Source of the DNA: a virus
Taxonomy: Duplodnaviria > Caudoviricetes
Virus record (IMG/VR): IMGVR_UViG_3300033412_000033
Location: 1 to 40,945 of that record
DNA length: 40,945 bases
Strand: one strand, 5' to 3'
In this document: positions 8,821-16,135 of the stretch, one piece after another
How the letters are laid out: each line of letters begins with the position of its first letter
Numbering within the stretch: position 1 is the first letter of the stretch
Notes under the pieces: generated by a model
Seen by the model: only the letters and a program-made list of their open reading frames with translations
Database searches by the model: none
What the model was told of the DNA's origin: nothing
Position numbers and translations under genes: made by a program

Positions 8821-8824
8821 TAGC

Positions 8825-9721
8825 TTACCGTTGCGGCCAACCTGGCGGACCGCTCGGGCCTTGTGGACCCTGAGGCACGCCGTACGGCTGCTGTGCCGGC
8901 GCTTGCTGCGGGGGTTGCCCGTAGGGCGACGGACCGGCGGGCGGCATCGCCGGAGCTCCGTAGGGGGCCGTCATGGGCGCCCCTTGTGGAGGCTGCCCGT
9001 ACGGCGCTTGCGGAGCCGGGGTACCGTACATCGGAGCCTGAGGAGGGGCTCCGTACTGCTGGCCTGCCGGAGCACCGTACGGCGCTTGCGGGTAGGCGCC
9101 CGGCTGAGGTGCGCCTCCTGCGAAGCCCGCCATCGGGCCTTGTGGCGCCACCGCTTGACGCGGCGGGGCCTGAGGCTCCACCGGCTGCGCGGGCGTCGGC
9201 TGGGGCTGCCACCCTTGCGGAGGTTTCCACGGTCGAAAGTTGTGAAGTTGGAAAGGAAGACCTCGGTTCTTTGACGTAGCAGTCTTCACATTCAGATCGA
9301 CCGTGGTGTGACCTTGCAGAGCAGCAGGGTTCTGGACTAGGCCGGCGACGAGCGTCTCGAGATGAGGACGCACGTTTGCATCGAAGTGCTGAAGAGCCTC
9401 TGGCGATGTGTCATATCCCAGATGCGCAGCGTACCACGATGCGATGGCCGAGAACGCAACGGCCTGATTTTGCATCTTCTGGAACCAACTTGCGATGGAC
9501 CCAATAGGATGTGCCGGATGGTTAGACTCTAGGATCTTGTACTCGACGATGAATGCAAGACCTACGTTCTGAGTCTGCTTGATGAGAGCGCGCACAAAAT
9601 CTAGCTTATAGGTTCCGTTGTGAAACGGATTGCCCTTTGGGCTGATCGGTGCGTTCTGTAGTCCCGCGAACGGGTTCATGGGATTGGGCGGAGGACCTTG
9701 ATTCGGATTTCCTGGATACAT
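8825..9721 (-). CDS. Putative ssDNA-binding protein (DUF669-like/OB-fold N-terminus) with long Pro/Gln/Gly/Tyr-rich tail
   Basis: GTYKLDFVRALIK..AFIVEYKILES beta-rich domain; position beside the polymerase; tail of QAPYG/QQPYG repeats. Confidence 0.55.
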   Translation of the reverse strand: MYPGNPNQGPPPNPMNPFAGLQNAPISPKGNPFHNGTYKLDFVRALIKQTQNVGLAFIVEYKILESNHPAHPIGSIASWFQKMQNQAVAFSAIASWYAAHLGYDTSPEALQHFDANVRPHLETLVAGLVQNPAALQGHTTVDLNVKTATSKNRGLPFQLHNFRPWKPPQGWQPQPTPAQPVEPQAPPRQAVAPQGPMAGFAGGAPQPGAYPQAPYGAPAGQQYGAPPQAPMYGTPAPQAPYGQPPQGAPMTAPYGAPAMPPAGPSPYGQPPQQAPAQQPYGVPQGPQGPSGPPGWPQR

Positions 9722-9793
9722 GGTATTGCTTTCTTGGTATTGTGATGGCCCTGTCTGGCACGGGCCGCTCCCTGTCGGGGGTTTCTATGTCCC

Positions 9794-9976
9794 CTAAGCT
9801 TTCTTCTTTGCAGGTTTCTGAAGTTCGAACGCTCGGGCAGCTTGAGCAACTTTCTCCCAATTCCAACGAGCTTGCCCAGGCAAGCGGTCCCAGCTGACAA
9901 GCTTGTCGTAGGGAATCATCGAACGCCAGCGGTTGTAAGCAGCCTCGCCTGGTGTGCGCGCGTCAGACATTTTCAT
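9794..9976 (-). CDS. Hypothetical protein
   Basis: TPGEAAYNRW..SWDRLP..NWEKVAQA small phage-type protein in the operon. Confidence 0.55.
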   Translation of the reverse strand: MKMSDARTPGEAAYNRWRSMIPYDKLVSWDRLPGQARWNWEKVAQAARAFELQKPAKKKA

Positions 9977-10514
9977 ATCGTTCTGGCGCGAAGCCGTTCA
10001 GACGAAGCCAGCGAACGCAGGAACGTGCGTGCTCGATCGATTCAAGTACATCCTCCGTAGCTCGATGCGCTTCGGCCTTTGGGAGCTTTGGCATACCCAA
10101 GCTCTGACAGAAGAGCTTGATCGCTGAGACGTCGTAAAGACGATGGGAGAGCCGCGCAGCGAAGCGGGGCATCCAAAACTTAAGGAATGCCATGTCGAAA
10201 TGGATCGTCGAGCCCGCGAGGATAGGACGCTCTTCTTTTTCGACTTCCGGGTAGCGCTTGAGCAAGAACTCTTCGCATCCGACCAGAGAGACTTGCGAAT
10301 TATAGCACTCTTCTAGAAGACCGTTCTTCGTATGCATGTCGAGGATGAAATCCGAAAGAGGGTGCCCTCGATTCAGTTTAAAAACCTGACCGTAGACGAA
10401 GCGCCGGCACAGCGGATCTGCTAGCGTCGCTTCACTTGCAGACAGTTCGAGTATGCGATCCTTCTGAGGATCGAGCCCCGTCGTCTCTAGGTCTAGCCAG
10501 ATTAGTTTGGTCAT
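9963..10514 (-). CDS. orn: Oligoribonuclease (DEDDh)
   Basis: LIWLDLETTGLDP, MHTKNGL, LAGSTIHFDMAFL, HRLYDVSAIK, HRATEDVLESI. Confidence 0.88.
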   Translation of the reverse strand: MTKLIWLDLETTGLDPQKDRILELSASEATLADPLCRRFVYGQVFKLNRGHPLSDFILDMHTKNGLLEECYNSQVSLVGCEEFLLKRYPEVEKEERPILAGSTIHFDMAFLKFWMPRFAARLSHRLYDVSAIKLFCQSLGMPKLPKAEAHRATEDVLESIEHARSCVRWLRLNGFAPERYENV

Positions 10515-10642
10515 TTCCTATGCACCCATATCCAAACGGTCATCGTCTCGTCTTCGTTATGTCTGTAGCCTCGGAGCTCCGCGTTATCGCGAGGAGGGAT
10601 AGGATCGTCTCCGAAGCGCTGCGGAATGTTTACTTCGACCAT
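10511..10642 (-). CDS. 43-aa hypothetical (not in ORF track)
   Basis: MVEVNIPQRFG...WVHRK; fills the helicase-orn gap and ends in an ATGA overlap. Confidence 0.4.
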   Translation of the reverse strand: MVEVNIPQRFGDDPIPPRDNAELRGYRHNEDETMTVWIWVHRK

Positions 10643-12381
10643 GCGCGTCCTCTCTTTCCGAAAATGTCAGGGATATCTATATCTGCGATCAAAAGCTTTT
10701 GCGGACCTTGTATCTCTTTTAGATATCGCGCATCGGCTCGGCTCTGCTCGACGCATGCCACGTTTTCGTAGCAGCCTATTAGAGTCCAGAAATGGACCTC
10801 GTCCGCTTCCTGCCCCGGCCTGTGTGAACGTCCGAGCATCTGTTCACATTTTAGCCCATTAGGCGGCCAGGACGCAACAAGATTTTTTGTCCACTCGGGG
10901 CGGTACTGTAAATTTCGTTCTTCCTTGTTTGCTTCCAGACTAAGTATCGCCGGTCCCGTATGGTCCTCGATATAGATTCCTGTACCTGAGCGGCCACCTT
11001 GACCGAAGTATGGTACGCCGGTTAGCTGCGAGAGGGTCTGACCAAACATAGTGTGCTCTGTCCAGACGAGACCACCATGCTTCTCAAGCCACTCGATGCA
11101 TGCGGCTAACGCACCTTCGTCGAGCCATTCGATTACCTGATTGTACTTGAACGTAGGCTCGATCGCTTTCCAAGTTCGATATTCCTCATCGCCGTACCAT
11201 TCAGGATGGTAGACGCATGCACGTGCGACCTGAAGCTCGGAATCCAAGTTCCGCCGGTTATCCTTTAGAATATCTCGCACAAACGCACACCAAGCTTTCT
11301 TGGCTGCCCACCAATCCGCTGGCGGTCGCGGATCGCAAAGATAGTAGAAACCTAATGCAAGCTCTCGAGCCTTAGCCCAAATTTGCATGCCGTCCGCGAG
11401 GGGCCAGCCGTCCGGCAGTTCCCACAAGGTACGGAGCTTTTCCCAATGAGGTTCGATCTGGTGCTCGACGATCTGTCCTTTGATGTATAAGGATGCATCG
11501 CATCCTTGCTCGGACGTCGCAACCACGCCGGGCGTCTCGATGAGGCGACGTCGGAACGCTTTGCGCGCCGTTTGGTATTCGTCCATAGGGACGTGGTCCT
11601 CAGGCGTCGCGAGTTCAAGAAGAGCTCCGGGTCGGTATCTTTGGATAGCTTTAGGTCTTTCATCAAGACAGCTCGCCCAAGCTTCTAACTCATTCCAATC
11701 ATGAGGCAGAGGAGAATTCTCTTTCAGGCACCAACCAATGATGTGTGCGAAGTCATGCAAGCTGCGTTTAGAGATGGTCCCGCTCATCGCGACACACATC
11801 GTTTGTGTCCAGGTCTTAAACCAACGGATGAGTCGTTTGGTTACCGCAGCCTTCTTATTCTTCGCTCGGTGCGCTTCGTCCAAGATAATCAGATCGGGGT
11901 TATACCGATCGAGTAAATGGGCGCCGCTTTCACGACCGAGCACTTGATAGGAAAGCACACGAAGATCTCGGCGGATCCTCCAGTGCTTCATATACATCTG
12001 GTGTTTGCGCTTCGTGCTTTCGAGAGCTCCGCCGGAGACGATAAGTATGGGACGCTGCGCTTCAAGTATCGTCGCTACAAGGAGCGAGATTAAGCTTTTA
12101 CCTCCGCCGACCGAGATAAGTAAGAAGCCGCCACGGTTGTCGTAGATCTCGCAGAGCGCGAGCGCTTGCACGAAACGAAGGATCTGCTCGCCATCTTCGA
12201 CGCGGAGATAGTTGGTCATGATGTTGACCAACTGTTCGTGAACATCTCCGCGTCGAGGGAGGTTCTTGATCCTATGAAACTCCGGTGTGGCAAGCACGCC
12301 GAGCTCTAGCCGCTGCCCTCGCGGAGCGGCGGCTAGGCCCTTCAGCGAAGCTTCGAGCAAGGATGCAAGATCAACGTTCAT
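10630..12381 (-). CDS. Superfamily 2 (SNF2-like) DNA helicase
   Basis: Walker A VGGGKS, ILDEAH, MSGT, motif VI EQMLGRSHRPGQ. Confidence 0.88.
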   Translation of the reverse strand: MNVDLASLLEASLKGLAAAPRGQRLELGVLATPEFHRIKNLPRRGDVHEQLVNIMTNYLRVEDGEQILRFVQALALCEIYDNRGGFLLISVGGGKSLISLLVATILEAQRPILIVSGGALESTKRKHQMYMKHWRIRRDLRVLSYQVLGRESGAHLLDRYNPDLIILDEAHRAKNKKAAVTKRLIRWFKTWTQTMCVAMSGTISKRSLHDFAHIIGWCLKENSPLPHDWNELEAWASCLDERPKAIQRYRPGALLELATPEDHVPMDEYQTARKAFRRRLIETPGVVATSEQGCDASLYIKGQIVEHQIEPHWEKLRTLWELPDGWPLADGMQIWAKARELALGFYYLCDPRPPADWWAAKKAWCAFVRDILKDNRRNLDSELQVARACVYHPEWYGDEEYRTWKAIEPTFKYNQVIEWLDEGALAACIEWLEKHGGLVWTEHTMFGQTLSQLTGVPYFGQGGRSGTGIYIEDHTGPAILSLEANKEERNLQYRPEWTKNLVASWPPNGLKCEQMLGRSHRPGQEADEVHFWTLIGCYENVACVEQSRADARYLKEIQGPQKLLIADIDIPDIFGKRGRAWSK

Positions 12382-12606
12382 TTATCTCAATACACTCCAC
12401 CCATAGATCTGCTTGGTCGTCCTCGTGCAGGTCGCTGGACTATATTTGTCCGCTACGCACGCGTCATAGTACCTAGCCGCCCCGACCGCATAGCCTACGA
12501 GCATGCACCCAAGACAGACGAGTACGCGAGCCCATAGGATGCGACCATGATCTTTGGGTTCTTCAACGGGTGGCCACGGTCGGCTGGGTGGTAAAGGTTC
12601 TCTCAT
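12382..12606 (-). CDS. Small membrane protein
   Basis: Hydrophobic stretch VLVCLGCMLVGYAVGAA; ATGA overlap. Confidence 0.55.
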   Translation of the reverse strand: MREPLPPSRPWPPVEEPKDHGRILWARVLVCLGCMLVGYAVGAARYYDACVADKYSPATCTRTTKQIYGWSVLR

Positions 12607-13112
12607 AGCATCACCTCACATCCCTTGCGTTCTGACACGATGTTGAACTTCTCGGCCACAAGATCCTCGAGATGAAATCCGAGGCTCGTCGCGAGAAGAT
12701 CAAGATAGATGATGACGTCTGCTATTTCGTGGCCTATCTCGAGCGTCGTGGGGGTAGCTTCATGCCTCAAGAAATGTTTCTTGATTGCGTTGCATGCTTC
12801 ACCCATCTCACCAGCTGCGCATAGAGCCCAAAGGACGGGACTCCAATTAGCGTGCTCAGAGAACGCTGTATGTAGACGTTCCTGATTCTTTTCTCGCAGA
12901 TGAGCGAAGTCTAGGCTTGTGGGTTTAAGGTTGTCGATGAGCGTGTGATACTCCGCTTCATTATCGGGCATCGGAGTGCCGCTCGCCGGAGTAGGATGCA
13001 CAGCGAACGGATCGTCGAGCCCTTGCTTGGTTGCGCAGAAATGCGATCCCTCGTCCGTTCCGCCGAAGCCTTCGGGGTCAAGGTTTAGCGGCTCATCCAA
13101 ATTGCGGATCAC
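12603..13112 (-). CDS. mazG: MazG-like NTP pyrophosphohydrolase
   Basis: AGEMGEACNAIKK..HEIADVIIYLDLLA..EKFN (EXXE...EXXD). Confidence 0.82.
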   Translation of the reverse strand: MIRNLDEPLNLDPEGFGGTDEGSHFCATKQGLDDPFAVHPTPASGTPMPDNEAEYHTLIDNLKPTSLDFAHLREKNQERLHTAFSEHANWSPVLWALCAAGEMGEACNAIKKHFLRHEATPTTLEIGHEIADVIIYLDLLATSLGFHLEDLVAEKFNIVSERKGCEVML

Positions 13113-14596
13113 GTCATCACCCCTACGACGATCTTCGCCGCGCGTGAACGGAACACGGTCTGTACATCGCGCTCGATGTCCGAGCTCATAAGCACGACGT
13201 CGCCGGTCAACGGATCGTTGGAGTCGAGCACGCGAGCTAGAGCATGCTGAAGCATCGCCTTGCCACGTCCGTACTCGATCGCGCCGTAGTGCGGGACGTT
13301 GTTCTCCTGTCCGACAAGCTCGTTTGCCGCATGCGCGTAGTCTATGCCCGCGGTGTACTCACACCCAATTGGCATGCAACCGATGTATAGGGTGAAACCT
13401 TCTTCGTCGGTTTCTTCTTGCTGCGCCGGTGCCGATCCGTCGATCACTTCGGCGTTCTTTTTCTTACGCCCCTTCTTCGGCTTCTCTTGAGCGGGCGCTG
13501 CGTCCACGCGCGGCGGAGGCGTCCACGCTTGAGACGGAACGGAAGCACCTTGTGGCACGATATTGGGATCCGGCTGCGCGTACGACGCCTGCGGCGGCAT
13601 GTTCGGTGGAGGGCTCCACTGCTGCGCGGACGGAGGCGCGTAGTTCTGCTGAGGAGGCGCGGCGATCTGAGCCGGCGGAGGGCTCCAACCTTGCGGCGCG
13701 GTGTTCGCATTCGGTTGTGCTCCTGGTTGGAACGCTTGATCCCACTGTGGAGGCGGACCGCTCGGTTGCTGTGGAGCTTGCGGCGCTGAAGGCTGCTGTC
13801 CAAAGGGACTCGCCGGTGCCGGGGTCTGTCCGTTTGCGCGCTGTCCCTGAATTTTCGCGAGAAGAGATCCTTGTGCCATTATTCCTCTAATTCGATCTTG
13901 TGGTTGGGGGTTACATTTTCCTAGGAGATGACAACCGCCGAAGGCGTCGCATGCTCCGAAGTTAGGTTGAAACTCCAGAAAGTCTGGAGGATCTTCTATA
14001 CCGCGTGTCTGCTCGATAAGCTGTGCTTCAGGTAAGATGTGAGAGAAGAACAGATCCTCAATTTGGTTACGTCCGACCGTTTGCCAGATCGGGTAGGCCC
14101 GGAACGGTTTGCGTGTCGTATGGTAGGTCCAATGAAGTTCGACGCTCGGAAGGTCATCGCGGCGTCGGAATTCATCGACCGCGTAGATGATACTCTGTGG
14201 GTGATATAGGATTTCTTCCGTCGTTTTGATCCAGCGCTTATCTCCGGTCGTCTTGTGATCGCCGATGATAACTTGGGTCCATCGACACACGTAGTCTTTC
14301 TTGCCTGTGAACCACGCGCCCGGAGCTTGGAAAGCGAACTCTTCTTCGACGAACAGCCCTTCGGATTTAGGCTTCGGAAGAAGATGCAAACCTTCGGACG
14401 CAATTTCTCCTGCAAGGGCTGTAAGGTCTGGAGGCACACCTTCCAGTAGATATTTCTCCTTATAGCCATGTACTTCTGAGCCGAGCGCCGCGCCTTTGCC
14501 CTGAGGACCACGCCAACCGTAAATATAGACCCCTGCCCATTTGCGTTTGCAAAGGTCCCAAAGCTCCATTTCAGAAGGTGAAACGAAGAGCTTCAT
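13109..14596 (-). CDS. PD-(D/E)XK (Cas4/RecB-like) exonuclease with Pro/Gln-rich linker and extra C-terminal domain
   Basis: SPSE..CKRKW, GSEVH, VEEEF, GKKD, IGDHKT, QSIIYA, C-terminal CDAFGGCHLLGKC Fe-S ligands; start placed at ATG 14596. Confidence 0.82.
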   Translation of the reverse strand: MKLFVSPSEMELWDLCKRKWAGVYIYGWRGPQGKGAALGSEVHGYKEKYLLEGVPPDLTALAGEIASEGLHLLPKPKSEGLFVEEEFAFQAPGAWFTGKKDYVCRWTQVIIGDHKTTGDKRWIKTTEEILYHPQSIIYAVDEFRRRDDLPSVELHWTYHTTRKPFRAYPIWQTVGRNQIEDLFFSHILPEAQLIEQTRGIEDPPDFLEFQPNFGACDAFGGCHLLGKCNPQPQDRIRGIMAQGSLLAKIQGQRANGQTPAPASPFGQQPSAPQAPQQPSGPPPQWDQAFQPGAQPNANTAPQGWSPPPAQIAAPPQQNYAPPSAQQWSPPPNMPPQASYAQPDPNIVPQGASVPSQAWTPPPRVDAAPAQEKPKKGRKKKNAEVIDGSAPAQQEETDEEGFTLYIGCMPIGCEYTAGIDYAHAANELVGQENNVPHYGAIEYGRGKAMLQHALARVLDSNDPLTGDVVLMSSDIERDVQTVFRSRAAKIVVGVMT

Positions 14597-14715
14597 TTTC
14601 TGCAGAATAGATGAAGAACACAGAGCATACAAACCATAAACGCGCCGAGCTGAGGACTTCTGATCGAGTAGCCCCGTGAAAAGGCAGCTAGGAGCATATA
14701 ATCAAACTCGGTCAC
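14593..14715 (-). CDS. 40-aa hypothetical (not in ORF track)
   Basis: Begins with a GTGA overlap and ends with an ATGA overlap, exactly bridging two genes. Confidence 0.4.
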   Translation of the reverse strand: MTEFDYMLLAAFSRGYSIRSPQLGAFMVCMLCVLHLFCRK

Positions 14716-15818
14716 GATCGCACCTTGCGCAGCTCGGCCACTGCCGCGGACATGGCGTCGAGTGCCTCGGCCAACGACCTAGCCGCCGGATCGCCATAAG
14801 GCACTCGGCTACGCGCATCGACCACGGCTTGCGCGGCGGTGATGAGACGCTCTACCCAAGCCAAGCCGCTCTTTGCGAGGATGACGTCTACCCGCTTCCT
14901 CTCTTTGTCCAATTCTTCTCTAGTCATCTCAACACCCATCCTCACTCGGCGGGGCGGGCGCTTCATCTCGAACCACGAGTCTTCGATGAAGCGCCCGTCC
15001 GTTGCCTGAAATAGTCGTGGCTCACCCGCAACCTCGGCTTCGCGCATCACCTTGGTTCGCTGTGCCGCGTCGCGCATTATGCCCTCCGCCGCGCACTTGA
15101 TTGGCTGCTTCACGCCGTGGACAGGGCGCGGCACAGATTCCCAGCAGTGATTAGTAGCCCCTCGGTGCTTGATGCACCGGTAAGTAGCCTCGACTCGCCC
15201 GTCGTGTTTTCGACGAAGGTATTCGCGTTCGCCAGGTGCGTTACATCGCCCTTCGTCGAACTCCAGTTCGCAAGGGCCAGTAGCACGCTCAGCAAAAGCC
15301 TCCCTCTGCCGTCGCGCCACATCCGTCTCTCTCGCGCGCAGCTCCCGATTCTCGGATTCGATTCCGCCCCACGGAGTATCGATTCCGCCCTTCCCCGCCG
15401 CGGGAGGCTCGTCGGTGACGAGGGGCCTTGCTCGGATAGCTTCGGCGACGGCCGGCATCGCTTGAAAGGCGACAGCAAAAGCCTCCCTCTGCCGTCGCGC
15501 CACATCCGTCTCTCTCGCGCGCAGCTCCCGATTCTCGGATTCGAGCGCGGCGTTGGCGGTGCGGAGGGTGGAGATACCGTGCGCCACATCCCAATCCTCG
15601 GATGGCGGCACACCATTGAACCAGAGTGCGCGCCGAGCATCGCTAAGCCCTTTCTCCAGCTCCGCGTTCTTCGCCTCCGCCGCGTCAGCTCGGGCGACGT
15701 TGCGGTTGTATGCGTCGAGCCATTCGTTTGCGCGCTTCTCTTCGCGATTCCGCGCTTCGATCTCGACTCGTAACGAATTCTTCACACGTCGCAATAGCAC
15801 GACTATCATCTTACCCAT
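14712..15818 (-). CDS. Mosaic coiled-coil protein with internal duplication
   Basis: GGAGG SD before ATG 15818; ESENRELRARETDVARRQREAFA occurs twice. Confidence 0.65.
   Translation of the reverse strand: MGKMIVVLLRRVKNSLRVEIEARNREEKRANEWLDAYNRNVARADAAEAKNAELEKGLSDARRALWFNGVPPSEDWDVAHGISTLRTANAALESENRELRARETDVARRQREAFAVAFQAMPAVAEAIRARPLVTDEPPAAGKGGIDTPWGGIESENRELRARETDVARRQREAFAERATGPCELEFDEGRCNAPGEREYLRRKHDGRVEATYRCIKHRGATNHCWESVPRPVHGVKQPIKCAAEGIMRDAAQRTKVMREAEVAGEPRLFQATDGRFIEDSWFEMKRPPRRVRMGVEMTREELDKERKRVDVILAKSGLAWVERLITAAQAVVDARSRVPYGDPAARSLAEALDAMSAAVAELRKVRS
15290..15544. repeat. Perfect 72-bp direct repeat (15290-15361 and 15473-15544)
   Basis: Copies identical by eye; period 183 bp (in frame). 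Confidence 0.92.
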
Positions 15819-16017
15819 CCGTTTCCTCCGTCCAAGTAACTTCGATAAGATCCCCTCCGTCGCCAGGGACATGAAAGACGACTCTAGCGTTCGGAGGAAC
15901 TGCCACGCCTACGATCTGCTTACCGTTTAGCATATCGATGACAGCCTTACGACCTAAAACTATCGATACACACGTAATTTGCTTGACCGAGCGCGTTACT
16001 TTTATCTCTTGGTTCAT
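15811..16017 (-). CDS. Hypothetical; first gene of the leftward replication operon
   Basis: Preceded on the minus strand by TCGACA-17-CATGCT, a promoter-like element. Confidence 0.6.
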   Translation of the reverse strand: MNQEIKVTRSVKQITCVSIVLGRKAVIDMLNGKQIVGVAVPPNARVVFHVPGDGGDLIEVTWTEETDG

Positions 16018-16135
16018 CGGCTAAGAAGCATGACACTTTGCTTTCCCCTTGTCGAGCTTTTTTGAACGCGCTAGGCTGATCGTCCGCCCGGAGCTCTTGC
16101 GGCCCGCAGAGTAGCACGAAGCGCGTGAGGCACCC

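Noticed and set aside
8744-9279. Several alternate-frame ORFs over the Pro-rich tail
   Set aside because: Low-complexity GC-rich shadows; the same applies at 13418-13890 and 15110-15930.
15290-15544. Diversity-generating retroelement TR/VR pair
   Set aside because: The copies are identical with no adenine-specific mismatches, and no reverse transcriptase is in the window.
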